Origin: Promethearchaeota archaeon
Lineage (GTDB): Archaea > Asgardarchaeota > Lokiarchaeia > Sigyniarchaeales > SOKP01
NCBI GenBank assembly: GCA_016839555.1
Contig: JAEOUA010000008.1
Coordinates: 128,001-192,000, forward strand
Length of the DNA: 64,000 nt
Direction of reading: 5' to 3'
Shown here: piece after piece, positions 30,290 to 41,235 of the stretch
Position numbering within the stretch: the first letter of the stretch is position 1
Layout: each line of letters opens with the position of its first letter
Notes under the pieces: generated by a model
Databases searched by the model: none
Told to the model about the DNA's origin: nothing
The model's input: only the letters and a program-made list of their open reading frames with translations
Position numbers and translations under genes: made by a program

Positions 30290-31463
30290 AAAATTACCTA
30301 AAATAGAAAGGTATGAATAATTGTAACTTCTGTATAGAATAATAAATTACACTATATTTATAATTTATTATTCAAAAATCAAGATTCATAAATAAAAGAA
30401 GATTTAATATAAAAAACGGGGAGATTTAGCAGAAGAAAAATTGGTATTAAGATTGAATTAGCATATAATCAAATTTTATTCCCAATTTATTTTTGAGCTA
30501 AATATACTTCAAACATTTCAGTTTTAAAAAATTTGAATACTTCCTTGAAAGCTATAATATATGATTTAAAATAATGTAAACTCTAGAAAGCAGAGAGATT
30601 AAAAAATCTTTTTCTTTATATACAAATATTTATAATATAGAATATGTCATCAGAAATAATTTGTGAAATTAAATTCATTAATTCTGATACAAGAAGAATA
30701 ATATCAATTATAGGAAAAATAAATAAGAAACAATTGAATAATCCGAGATACTCTTTTATTTCTGTAAAAAATAGAGTACAAAAAAACCAAAAATGGATAA
30801 TAATAGAATCTATTTTATGCAAATCTCAAATCTTTCAAATTACTACTATGGAACCAAGCAATCATATGTTATTTGATAAACAAAATTTTGAAATTCATAA
30901 GTCTATTTTACCAAATGTTTCATAGAAGATAAAATATTTCTAAAACCATTTATCAATCTCATAATTTAAATGATTTGAAGTTCTTTTCTTCTCTCCTTCC
31001 TTTAATATATCTAAATTACTATTTTAAAGTCATTTCGGAGCGTGAGGGAAATCAAATATAATAATCTTTTTGTCTTAAATGTGTTAAGCTTGTTTTGTAG
31101 AGCAATTAAAGTATAATAAATAGGGTGCTCCTCATTAGATAATTAATAAACATTGTTTATTACAATTAATAATCTCTTATACAAATTCACTTAAACTTAA
31201 AACAATTTAGTCTTATTATTATATATTACTTTCCCATCCTATTTACTAGATAACAGGATACTTTTTGATTATATTTCACCTTAGAAATAGCTTACTGCTA
31301 AATATTTCTTAAATATATATTTAGAGATTAATCACCCTTCACACTTCTCCTTAAAAGAACAAATCAATCATTACTCTAAAAAGGCAAACAGTGAAAAATT
31401 ATTGAAAAAAGTCTTAAAGAAAAATTGGGAATTAAAAATCTATTTTTAAAAGAAGTAAATAGA

Positions 31464-31727
31464 ATGAAAAAAATATTTATAGTTGAAGATGATTATCATT
31501 TACAAAATTTATATAAAATATTACTAAGTCAACATAATTATAACGTGATTGGTACTGCCAATAATGGAGATCAAGCTATTTTAACGTTTAAAACCTTTAT
31601 TGAAAAACCTAGTGTAATTATTATGGATTATCGAATACCTAAAAAAAATGGTATAAAAACAATGAAAGAGATTTTGGAAATTGATCACAAAGTTAAAGTA
31701 ATAATAATAACAGGAGATAAATTATAA
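31464..31727 (+). pseudogene. C-terminally truncated response-regulator receiver domain
   Basis: KIFIVEDD, IIMDYRIP and IITG are present, but the ORF stops before the conserved Lys-Pro of beta5. Confidence 0.65.
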
Positions 31728-31781
31728 TAGAAAAGATAAAAAAAAAGAAAAGGAAGATAAGAAAAATCCATTTCTTTCATT

Positions 31782-32357
31782 CTAAAATGAAAGAGAAAAT
31801 TCTTGTTTTAATCCTTTTAATAGATTTTCTTTTGCTTCACGTAAATTGATTAATTCATCAATTTTCTTTTTCTGATCTTTTATTTTCCTTTTTACTTTTA
31901 AAGCCTCTCTTTTATTTTTAGTATGTTTCATATATTGTTTTTTATAAAGGTTAAGAGTTTTTAATTCCCCTTCAAGGCAGAATTTTGTTATCCAAACCTG
32001 CTTTTCTAGGCGTTTTATCTTTTCTTTTATTTCTTTTAAGGCTTTAGTGTCTTCTGTTTCTGAATATAATTTATCTAATTCCTTTTCTTCTTTATTTAAG
32101 ATCTCACAAACTTGGTCAAATTTTTCTTTTTTATCAAAATATTCACTTTCGAACTTAGATAATGCGTTAGGATTTCTTTTATAAAAATCGTTTCTCTTAT
32201 TCTCTTGATAGTTATTTAATTCTTTATTCAATTCCTCCTTTTTTTTATAAAATTTTTTTCTAAATTCTTTGACTTTTTCCTCTTGATTTTTAATCTTTAT
32301 TATATCACTTTTAGATTTTTCCTTATCCCTTAATGAATTAAGTTTCGTTTTACTCAT
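31782..32357 (-). CDS. Lys/Glu-rich coiled-coil hypothetical protein
   Basis: 191-aa ORF with heptad-like charged composition. Confidence 0.6.
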   Translation of the reverse strand: MSKTKLNSLRDKEKSKSDIIKIKNQEEKVKEFRKKFYKKKEELNKELNNYQENKRNDFYKRNPNALSKFESEYFDKKEKFDQVCEILNKEEKELDKLYSETEDTKALKEIKEKIKRLEKQVWITKFCLEGELKTLNLYKKQYMKHTKNKREALKVKRKIKDQKKKIDELINLREAKENLLKGLKQEFSLSF

Positions 32358-32776
32358 TTTATTATATTTTTACTTTATTTTTAAATTATTATTTTTATTA
32401 AAAAAGGGAATTAATAAAGTCCTCTATTATATTAGCGGTTAGATTAAAAAATCGTTAAAAATATTCATTATTCTTTTTTTCCACTCTTTCAGAGTTTATA
32501 TAAAGAAATAAAAGACAAATAAAAGTGAAAACATTTAAAGTATTGACTGAGCTGTCTAAATGATTATATTTGAGGGAATATTAAAATTAAATGAAATCCA
32601 TTTTTTAAAAAAAGAAATAATAGTATATTTAAACTGATTTATCAAGCATTTATAGGATTGAACAATACATAATTATTGACATATTTAAAATCTAGGAGTT
32701 TATAAAGATTTTTCTATAATTACAAAAGATTATATATCTAAAGAGTTAGCCTTTGAGAAATAATAAAAGGAAAAAA

Positions 32777-33772
32777 ATGAAGCTCGAAGAAAAAGTTGGA
32801 TCTTATTTAGATGATATTAAAAAACTACCAGGAGTGGAGAATGTCGTTCTAACCCAGAGAGACGGAAATCCAATTCATTCTTCAGGAGTATGGCTTAGTA
32901 AGGATGAGATCTTTAATGTCTGTTCAGCAGCTAGCGCTATTTATAATGTTGGGATAAAATTACATCCAAAAAATCTAAAATATATTCTCATTGAGGGAAA
33001 GAAAGCAAAGATTCTTATTGTTCCTTTGAATAATCCAGTCCATGAATCGCTAAACAGATATCTTGAACAGTCAGAAGCTAATATCCATGAATTTTTTATA
33101 AGCATAACGGCCCAACCACAAGTAAATTTAGGGAGTATCTTTCTGCAAACAAATAACTGTTTAAGTTCAATTAAAACTACCTTGCTAAATTCAGGGCAAA
33201 CATTTAAACCTCCTCTAATCGAATATGACGAAATTAAATTGCAAGAAATTTTAAATCGATTTAAAATTAAAGACGACGAAGAAGAAAGTTATAATTTTTC
33301 TTCAATTCTTTTTAATATTTCAGAAGAATTATCGTGGGAATTAAATAAAATATTAAAAAACTTTTCAACTTTAGTTTTAGATCTTAACTATGCTTTTTTA
33401 TCTATAGAAGGAGGTTTTATATTATCAAAAATCTTAAAGAATTTAAAATTACCTGATAGAATTATTGACAACATTTCTGCAATGAGTTATTCGCTTTTTC
33501 ACGTAGCAAATAGATGTGCATGGTTATTAAAAAAAATGAATGCTGAAAATATATTATTAGAATGTAATAACACTTTTCACTTTATAAACAAAATCAATGA
33601 AGGTGTTTTTTCTTCTGAAATCAGAAAAGGGCGACAAAAATTGGGTTTAATACGACTTTATTTGCCGCAATTTTTAAAAAAAATCTCTACGGTATTATCA
33701 AGTGTAGAACATGATCAAAAACATGAATCATTTGACGTTAACAAATTTTTAGATAATATGACTATTAAATAA
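32777..33772 (+). CDS. Tandem roadblock/LC7 (MglB/LAMTOR-like) domain protein
   Basis: Two roadblock-type units (LPGVENVVLTQRDGNPI...; LNYAFLSIEGGFIL...ISAMSYSL...ILLEC). Lies upstream of an MglA-like GTPase. ATG at 32777. Confidence 0.8.
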   Translation: MKLEEKVGSYLDDIKKLPGVENVVLTQRDGNPIHSSGVWLSKDEIFNVCSAASAIYNVGIKLHPKNLKYILIEGKKAKILIVPLNNPVHESLNRYLEQSEANIHEFFISITAQPQVNLGSIFLQTNNCLSSIKTTLLNSGQTFKPPLIEYDEIKLQEILNRFKIKDDEEESYNFSSILFNISEELSWELNKILKNFSTLVLDLNYAFLSIEGGFILSKILKNLKLPDRIIDNISAMSYSLFHVANRCAWLLKKMNAENILLECNNTFHFINKINEGVFSSEIRKGRQKLGLIRLYLPQFLKKISTVLSSVEHDQKHESFDVNKFLDNMTIK

Positions 33773-33870
33773 AATAATAAAATAGAATATTTTTAAAAAA
33801 AAATCAAAATTTTTATTATAGAAAAAAACGAGTATTTCTTATTTTATCGAAATTAAAATTATTAAATACT

Positions 33871-34050
33871 ATGCTGATTGATTCAAAAATAGGTAGCAAA
33901 ACATTGTTAGAAACAATTAAATATAAAGATATCCCTATTGAAAAGATAATATCATTTATCAAAAAAGAGTGGGGGGGAGATTTTTCCAAGTTAATAGAAA
34001 ATGATAAGCTTACTTTAATTGGAAATAAAATACAATCTTTTTTGGGTTAA
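33871..34050 (+). CDS. Unannotated 59-aa protein between the roadblock gene and the GTPase
   Basis: ATG at 33871, MLIDSKIGSKTLLETIKYKDIPIEKIISFIKKEWGGDFSKLIENDKLTLIGNKIQSFLG*. The stop lies 4 nt before the GTPase ATG. Confidence 0.55.
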   Translation: MLIDSKIGSKTLLETIKYKDIPIEKIISFIKKEWGGDFSKLIENDKLTLIGNKIQSFLG

Positions 34051-34054
34051 AAAT

Positions 34055-34636
34055 ATGATCTTAAATTATGAGTCAAAAACAATTCAAGTTAAAATTGTAT
34101 ATTATGGCCCTGCTATGTCAGGAAAAACTACCTCACTTAAATTTTTATTTAATTACTTTAATAAAGAGGATCAAATAAATTCTATTGAAAATACAGTTGG
34201 AAGAACTTTGTTTTTTGATTTTGGAGTATTAGAATTTAAGGGGTCTCAGTGGGATCTTAAATTTCTTATTTATTCGGCAACTGGACAAGACTTTTATTCT
34301 AGCACAAGACCTACTACGCTAAGAGGAGTTGATGGGATTATATTTGTTGCTGATTCTAAAAGAGAATGCTTAGAGCATAATATTCGCTCTTGGAAAGAAT
34401 TAAAGTATTATTTCGGTGAAAATTTATATCAAATCCCAATTGTAATCGCCTTAAATAAATATGATTTGAATAATGGTAAAAAAATTGAAAAAAATGATTT
34501 AAAGCACAAAATTGATTTTAACAGATTTAGAATGATTAATATGACTAAAACAATTGCTATTACGGGAGAGGGTATTTTAGATTCGTTCAAAAAGTTAATT
34601 AAATCTATCTTTCCAAAAATAAGATTTACTATTTAA
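34055..34636 (+). CDS. MglA-family small GTPase
   Basis: KIVYYGPAMSGKTT, GRTLFFDF (intrinsic Arg as in MglA), ATGQ in place of DxxGQ, GVDGIIFVADS and NKYD. Confidence 0.88.
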   Translation: MILNYESKTIQVKIVYYGPAMSGKTTSLKFLFNYFNKEDQINSIENTVGRTLFFDFGVLEFKGSQWDLKFLIYSATGQDFYSSTRPTTLRGVDGIIFVADSKRECLEHNIRSWKELKYYFGENLYQIPIVIALNKYDLNNGKKIEKNDLKHKIDFNRFRMINMTKTIAITGEGILDSFKKLIKSIFPKIRFTI

Positions 34637-34862
34637 AGAGATCTTGAAATATTTTTAATAGTAAAAATCAACTATTTATTGAAAGTCTATTAAACCTTAT
34701 AACTATTTATGAAACTCATATGTTCATAAAAATATCTTCTGAGTTTTATTTCTTCCACCATTATCTACAAAACGTATTTCCATTGTCTAGTTAACATATA
34801 AAATAATAAAGATTTTTAGCAAGGATATAAAAAAAGATAAAAATTAGAAAAAAAATTAAAAG

Positions 34863-37800
34863 TTAGGAGCGCTTTTTCTTTAGATAGGTAGTATAGATGA
34901 TGATTCCAAGGGGAAGAGCGATTGAAATGATGAAAATCGGAAATAATATCGTAGAATATGTTGATAATAATGTGCCCTCTTTTCGATAATTAGAATCTGC
35001 AGATGGAATGAATGGAAAATTGGGATTTTGTAAGCTTTTATATGAAAAGCTATAAGTTCCGATATAATGGGCTGTTCCATTTAATCCATCATTTACGTAT
35101 AATTCAAAACTATACTCTCCAAAAAGATCATAGTGAATAGTTTCCATGAATTCAGTGTGATGTGCGAAATTTTGCATAGCAAGATATTTCCTTTGAATGA
35201 ATTTACCATCCCGATACACATCAACATAGGCACTTCCCTCATAGAGAGCCACATTCCCCGTAGCAGTAGAAAGATAGGCGTAAATGCTCACATCTCGGGT
35301 ATCCGTAGAATTACTTACGGAATAAGAAAAGTCAAAAGTATATTCTGTGCTAAATGAAATGGGATATTCTTTAATTTTTTGCGAGGTTTCATAGAGGCAT
35401 ACATTAGCATACACTATGGGATAATTCGCAGGATCTAAAGGGATGGTTGCGATATATTCGTATGTTCCCATTCCTGTCTCATCAAAGGTGTGAGTACCTA
35501 GTTGCTTGCTCTCAAGTCTTAAGGTAGCGTACGGACTTAAGCCTTCCAATACAATATTACAAATAGAAGCATTAATGTGGTTTTCTCCATTCAGTTGGAC
35601 TATCGTATCATAGTCGATGGTACAGCGATATTCATCGTTTACTGCCATATAACTCAGCCAATATAAGATTTCATAGCTTATAGTGATATGTTCAGGCGTG
35701 AGATAAAATTCGTGCTTATTTTCATCGTAAATCGTATGGACTAATAGGTGGGTTTGATCCAAATCAAATTGAAATCCAAGATTAAGCGCCTCATCTATTT
35801 TATAACTATAATATACACTTTCAATGTTGGAATAGTTAACTGTTTGAAGCACAAAATTTTTAATCTTCTCGGTATTTAAGGAATATTGGTCGATGATGGT
35901 CAAGAGATCGATAAGGTAATAGGTATTTTTGAGTAAAGTTTCCGGATTGTTAGTATATTCCGGATCATAATAAAGAATTTGTGGAGTCTCTTCAATATGC
36001 TTAAAAAGATAGGTATATACCGCATCTAAGTCTACATTAGTATTTGATATATTTCCGAGTTCTAAAGTCTCCATAAGATACGCTAAATTTTTTATTGCAA
36101 AATAAGTCTGCTCGAATGTAATCATTTTTTCTTGACGATCTAAGGGTTTTGCTCTCCAATATTCAAAGGGCACAAATGCTCCAAAATAGCCCGAAGATCC
36201 CTCTGTAATCTGACAATTTTCTATGCTTTCTATGAGTTCTGATACATTATGATCTGTAATAAAATCGTCTAATTTATAAATCTTTTCTAAAGAAGTTAGA
36301 GCTTTATAGGTGAATTTGTGATTATTATGATAATCCACATATTTACTGAAATTATGAATGCCTTCATTATAGAATTCAATAGGAAACAAGCGTAATAAAC
36401 CGTAATCACCATCAATATTGGTATATCCATAAAATCCCTTCCAATCTTTCACTTGCATTTCGAAATATGCCTCTCTAAAATAGAGATATAACTCTTGCAA
36501 TTCTAAGTCGGAAACGCAATCGAACAAAGAACAAGATTGAATAATAGAAAATATAAGATCTGCTCTCATATATTCTTTTGAAGTAAAGCTATAGCCCCGA
36601 TAACTCTCGAACATCTCCATTGCATCTACAATATTATCTTTATCTTCAGTGTTTAATTCACTTATTTTATTGGCTTCAGAAAGAGATCGAATAATTTGGA
36701 AGGTATCGATCAACTCGTAAAACCCATAAGATGTGGTGGAATCCCAAATATCCAGTTCATTGCGACTATTCAATAGAAAATTCATTATTTCTGTTTCATT
36801 GATTTCCGTGTATCCCATAAGCACAGAAAGATCTAAGCCCATAGCAGTAGCAGCAAATATAGAATAATTAAGATAAATATTATAGTCAGAGTAGTCAAAA
36901 TAATCACCGTTTTGATGATAACCACTACTTAAGAAATGGTAAAATAAATCAATGTTGATAGAGTTTTCCACACCAAATATCTCTAATGATTTGATTGCAT
37001 AATAGCTGGAAAGCATATTCGGACCATACGCAATAATTGATAAAAAGTCTTCATTCGCCTCATTATTAAATCCTCCATAGAAATCATAGCTTGGATCTAA
37101 TACTTGAAGATCTTGAATAAACTCGATAATTTGCGTCTTTTGGGTGCTATATCCCTGCCAATTCTCTAATAATGCATCCAGAGCTTTCACTGCATAATAG
37201 GTATTATCCAAGGTGCTGGTTTTAAAATATTCGTGAAGGTTAGTATCATACAATTGTCCGATAAAACCCCCTGTGTTGGAATCATAACAGCTCCAGATAA
37301 AATCTAAGATTTCTTGAGTATCTATTTGGTTTAATTGTCCCAAAATCTCCAAAGAGAGTATGGCATAACAATTGACTTCTAATAAGGTGCTGAGAGGGTA
37401 ATATTCTAACTCAAAATCCGTATCCAAATAGCGCTGTGCATACTCATCTACAAACATACCAACATCTGAATCATAATACTCCATAATAATCTCTGTAATT
37501 TCCGATTGATTAATACTATCTAATGCGTCTAGATTATTCAAAATAGAAAGGACAAAATAAATACCTTGTAAGGATGGCTCATAAGTAGATGGAAAATAGC
37601 CATTTTCGGTGTATTCATCGAGATAGCTATCAATAATTTCTTCTATTATGTCCGTTACTAATTTATTCATTTCTATTACGGTAACTTTAATTTGAATACT
37701 CTCCGTATTTCCGTAGGTATCATTCACGTTTATAGTAAAGGGATACACACCAATAGTAAGCACAGAAGTATTAGTGATGACTCCATTATTGTCAATAGTA

Positions 37801-39125
37801 AAAGAGGAAGTTCCTGTCAGCCAGTATCGATCAATATCAGACGGATCTGAGGCATTGATATTATAACAAAAAGGTTTTCCCAAAGGAACCCATTGATTTG
37901 CGGGAACTTGATCCCAAGTTGGGGCGGATGACTCTTGCCCCAAAAAAATTGATAAAGTGTCATCATTCTTATTTGCGACGACAATATCATTTACCCCATC
38001 ATTGTTTACATCTCCAATTCTTACTCCTCGTGGAGAATCACCTACGTTTTTTCTTATTTGAGAGCCCCAACCCATACTTGTAGGATTCCAATATATAACA
38101 GAAATTGTGTCTTCCGCCTCATTAGCAGTCACAATATCGTTGTATCCATCATTATTTATATCTTCCACATCTACTCCTCTTGGGTTTACTCCGACATCCA
38201 TATCGAGTAAGAGAGACCACTCATTTAAATCTTCATTCCAATAAAGAATCGATATAGTATTATCTCCATAATTGGCAACTATAATATCCTTTATTCCATC
38301 ATTATTAGCATCTGCAATGCAGGCTCCAATTGGAGTTAATCCTACAGATTTTACAACAGGGGAATCCCAATTACTTAATTCTTCATTCCAACAGAATATT
38401 GAAATAGAGGCATTGGCTTCGTTAGTAACTATAATTTCATTTCTACCATCATTATTCACATCTCCAATACATACCCCTCGAGGAGAATTCATCAAATCTT
38501 TTGAAATCAAAGGATCCCAATCTCCTACTCCTTCATTCCAACAGAATATTGAAATAGAGGCAGCATAATAGTTTGAGACAACAATATCATTAAATAAATC
38601 GTTGTTCACATCTCCGACATCTAACCCGTAAGAAAATCCTCCAGCATAGACGGTTAATGTTTCACTCCAATTACCCAATGACTCATTCCATAGTAATATG
38701 GATATATCATTAGTTACATGCGACATAGTAATATCATTAAATCCGTCGTTGTTTACGTCTTCAATGACAATGTCAGTGGGGCCATCTAGCCAGTTGCCCA
38801 ATGCTTGTATTTCCCAATCTATCACTGTCTGATTCCAGCTCAATAATGAGCTGTGAAAGTCTAAGTAATTTGCCACAGCAATATCTTTTATTTCATCGTT
38901 GTTAGCATCGCCAATATCTATGCTATAAGGATAACCCCCGACCTCGATAATGATCTCATAGCCTAACTCTCTTGATGTGTGAAACTTATTTTCGGCGTTT
39001 GAAGGAAATTGAATCATAGAGAATTCTATTGTATTATTAAAGTTAAATAGCGGTAAGAGAAAAAGCACTGCAATACACATCAAAATTGTAATACTTATTT
39101 GATAATTTTTGGTTTTATTCGACAT
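34863..39125 (-). CDS. Cell-surface protein: signal/TM, 7 FG-GAP-like repeats, Ig/cadherin-like domain, prenyltransferase-like alpha-barrel repeats, C-terminal TM
   Basis: Seven D(V/A/I)NND(G)xxD/E Ca-binding-type repeats. FIWSCY..TGGF and TYYAVKAL barrel repeats. C-terminal hydrophobic helix followed by KKKRS. Confidence 0.8.
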   Translation of the reverse strand: MSNKTKNYQISITILMCIAVLFLLPLFNFNNTIEFSMIQFPSNAENKFHTSRELGYEIIIEVGGYPYSIDIGDANNDEIKDIAVANYLDFHSSLLSWNQTVIDWEIQALGNWLDGPTDIVIEDVNNDGFNDITMSHVTNDISILLWNESLGNWSETLTVYAGGFSYGLDVGDVNNDLFNDIVVSNYYAASISIFCWNEGVGDWDPLISKDLMNSPRGVCIGDVNNDGRNEIIVTNEANASISIFCWNEELSNWDSPVVKSVGLTPIGACIADANNDGIKDIIVANYGDNTISILYWNEDLNEWSLLLDMDVGVNPRGVDVEDINNDGYNDIVTANEAEDTISVIYWNPTSMGWGSQIRKNVGDSPRGVRIGDVNNDGVNDIVVANKNDDTLSIFLGQESSAPTWDQVPANQWVPLGKPFCYNINASDPSDIDRYWLTGTSSFTIDNNGVITNTSVLTIGVYPFTINVNDTYGNTESIQIKVTVIEMNKLVTDIIEEIIDSYLDEYTENGYFPSTYEPSLQGIYFVLSILNNLDALDSINQSEITEIIMEYYDSDVGMFVDEYAQRYLDTDFELEYYPLSTLLEVNCYAILSLEILGQLNQIDTQEILDFIWSCYDSNTGGFIGQLYDTNLHEYFKTSTLDNTYYAVKALDALLENWQGYSTQKTQIIEFIQDLQVLDPSYDFYGGFNNEANEDFLSIIAYGPNMLSSYYAIKSLEIFGVENSINIDLFYHFLSSGYHQNGDYFDYSDYNIYLNYSIFAATAMGLDLSVLMGYTEINETEIMNFLLNSRNELDIWDSTTSYGFYELIDTFQIIRSLSEANKISELNTEDKDNIVDAMEMFESYRGYSFTSKEYMRADLIFSIIQSCSLFDCVSDLELQELYLYFREAYFEMQVKDWKGFYGYTNIDGDYGLLRLFPIEFYNEGIHNFSKYVDYHNNHKFTYKALTSLEKIYKLDDFITDHNVSELIESIENCQITEGSSGYFGAFVPFEYWRAKPLDRQEKMITFEQTYFAIKNLAYLMETLELGNISNTNVDLDAVYTYLFKHIEETPQILYYDPEYTNNPETLLKNTYYLIDLLTIIDQYSLNTEKIKNFVLQTVNYSNIESVYYSYKIDEALNLGFQFDLDQTHLLVHTIYDENKHEFYLTPEHITISYEILYWLSYMAVNDEYRCTIDYDTIVQLNGENHINASICNIVLEGLSPYATLRLESKQLGTHTFDETGMGTYEYIATIPLDPANYPIVYANVCLYETSQKIKEYPISFSTEYTFDFSYSVSNSTDTRDVSIYAYLSTATGNVALYEGSAYVDVYRDGKFIQRKYLAMQNFAHHTEFMETIHYDLFGEYSFELYVNDGLNGTAHYIGTYSFSYKSLQNPNFPFIPSADSNYRKEGTLLSTYSTILFPIFIISIALPLGIIIYTTYLKKKRS

Positions 39126-39313
39126 AAAATATACAAATTTTTATTAGATTATATTTAAGATTTAGGGAAAGTATTTAAATAAAAAATTGAGACCGAAAAA
39201 GATGTTCCCGAAAAATAGAGAAATATAAAAAAAAGAAAAAATATATCAAAAAAGTAAGAAAAAGAGAAAAAAACATAAATAATCAGATTATATGCATTCT
39301 AATTAAAGTCGAA

Positions 39314-40546
39314 TTATGAACGAGTTGTTGGTGGTCCTGTAGGATAATGATACACAATTTTTTGAAATCTAATTTGCTTTTGATATTTTGATTGCTTCTT
39401 TTTGATTTCCTTTTTCTGGTGATTACTTCTGATTTTCATTAAGATACAAATAGGATTATAATTAGCACTCTCAATGGCAAAAATAAATTGTTTTTCTCGT
39501 AGTGCTGCTTCAAATTTTACATCTACATCAATTTCGATAACTATGGAAACATCTTTCTGCTCTTTTTCTTCGTTAGCCTCTGATTTCGTACTCTCAATGC
39601 TTTCAAAGATTCCCAATTTGTAGACAATAGTTTTTACCAGATCGGCAGATTTGACAAGACTCTCAAATCCAGGAACATTAAATCGTTCGAATAGTTTTCG
39701 TTTTACTTGAGACTGAATGGTGCTCATTTGAATGTTTAATGCACTACATATAGAGCTTATAGTAATCTTATTACGATAATTACATAATACAGCAACAGAT
39801 GATATTAATCCAGCAATTACATTATCCGTGGTGCATTTTATCCCTTCCCATAAGTTTATCAACACCCTTTTTGCATCATAATAAAACTCCATTCCTAAGT
39901 TATATTGCTCGGACAGCCCCAACACTTTGTTCATGATAAATTGTTTACGATTCCGCTCATAATATTCTGGAATAAGCCGGGAAATCTTTAATTTACAATA
40001 ATTATAATCTTTTTTCTCCACTTTCGAAATTTCTAATAACTCAGGTTCATTAATTACAATTCCTTCTTTTTTAAAATGAAAGTACAAGAGAGTGGGAAGT
40101 AATTTTTCAGGATTACGATATTTTGTTCCCTTTTGCAGTTTTTTCCGTATTTCCTTAAACATCTTAAAGATAGGATCCTTAAAACTACGAGATAGTGATA
40201 ATCCTGTAAGTAATCGGGAGATCTCAATTTTTGCCGATTGATTTACATAATCTCCATTGGATTTTATATTTTGAATCTTTTGTAATCTTTCTAACTTAGT
40301 TGAATGTATATCTCTAATCCGTTCTTTTTGATGTCCTATATATGTATTTCCAAAAGAGACCTCGTGTTGAATTCGTTTCTGGATATAAGGTTTATCATAC
40401 TCCATTCGAGGGATTTTTAGGACAAGTCCGCAATGTGGGCACACATACCCTTGTTCTGTCTCTACTATCTCATTGGAATGACATGAATCACATGTAAGAT
40501 CCATTTCATTTAAAGATGTTTTTTTAGAATAACTTTTTATTACCAT
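39314..40546 (-). CDS. Divergent transcription factor B (TFB/TFIIB)-like protein
   Basis: N-terminal Zn ribbon CDSC...YVCPHCGLV, RLQKIQ B-linker-like segment and two cyclin-like repeats. Confidence 0.7.
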   Translation of the reverse strand: MVIKSYSKKTSLNEMDLTCDSCHSNEIVETEQGYVCPHCGLVLKIPRMEYDKPYIQKRIQHEVSFGNTYIGHQKERIRDIHSTKLERLQKIQNIKSNGDYVNQSAKIEISRLLTGLSLSRSFKDPIFKMFKEIRKKLQKGTKYRNPEKLLPTLLYFHFKKEGIVINEPELLEISKVEKKDYNYCKLKISRLIPEYYERNRKQFIMNKVLGLSEQYNLGMEFYYDAKRVLINLWEGIKCTTDNVIAGLISSVAVLCNYRNKITISSICSALNIQMSTIQSQVKRKLFERFNVPGFESLVKSADLVKTIVYKLGIFESIESTKSEANEEKEQKDVSIVIEIDVDVKFEAALREKQFIFAIESANYNPICILMKIRSNHQKKEIKKKQSKYQKQIRFQKIVYHYPTGPPTTRS

Positions 40547-41235
40547 TGTTTTTCAATCCTATATTTCATTTTTCTTAAGTAAGTATAGGAAGGAGTTTTA
40601 TTTTTAAATGTTACCAAAACTGAAAAATGTTCAGAAATATGATAAGAAATGACGAAATGTGATCATTTCTTTAATATTATTTGGATAATTATAAACATTG
40701 TTTAATAAAAAAATTAATATCTAAATCTTGCATGAAATTTTAAAAAATTATAATATCTTAAAATTAAAAAAATAGGCATTGTTCCTACATATATTATAGA
40801 GCACTCTAAGGTGTACCACTTTTGAATTTAACTATATATTTCTGCAAATCTAGAAAATGTTAGCCAATTTTATTTGGCAAACTTACTAAAATCTAAGAAA
40901 TTTCTATTTAAAGGAAAAATAATTTTTCCTTAAAATCTTTAATAAATATTAAATTCCTTTTTAATTCAAAAACAAGTTTTAAATTTTATATATATTCTTA
41001 TGACTTTTTTTAAAAAAATGGTAAACTGCTATACCTTTTTTTTAAATAATTATACTAAATAACAAATTTATTATGACATTATTTAATTATATTGGCGATA
41101 TCAAAGAAGGAGTCAGCTAACTCTTTGGAACGTATATATTCAATGATTTTCTGATACAACATAAAACTCTTTTTTTGGCACCCTATATGAAATCTTATAT
41201 AATTTAAGCTTATAATCTTATTGGTTAGATTTTAT

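Noticed and set aside
30616-30925. Overlapping 68-aa and 93-aa ORFs
   Set aside because: Low-complexity AT-rich translations with no motifs. Probably spurious or decayed.
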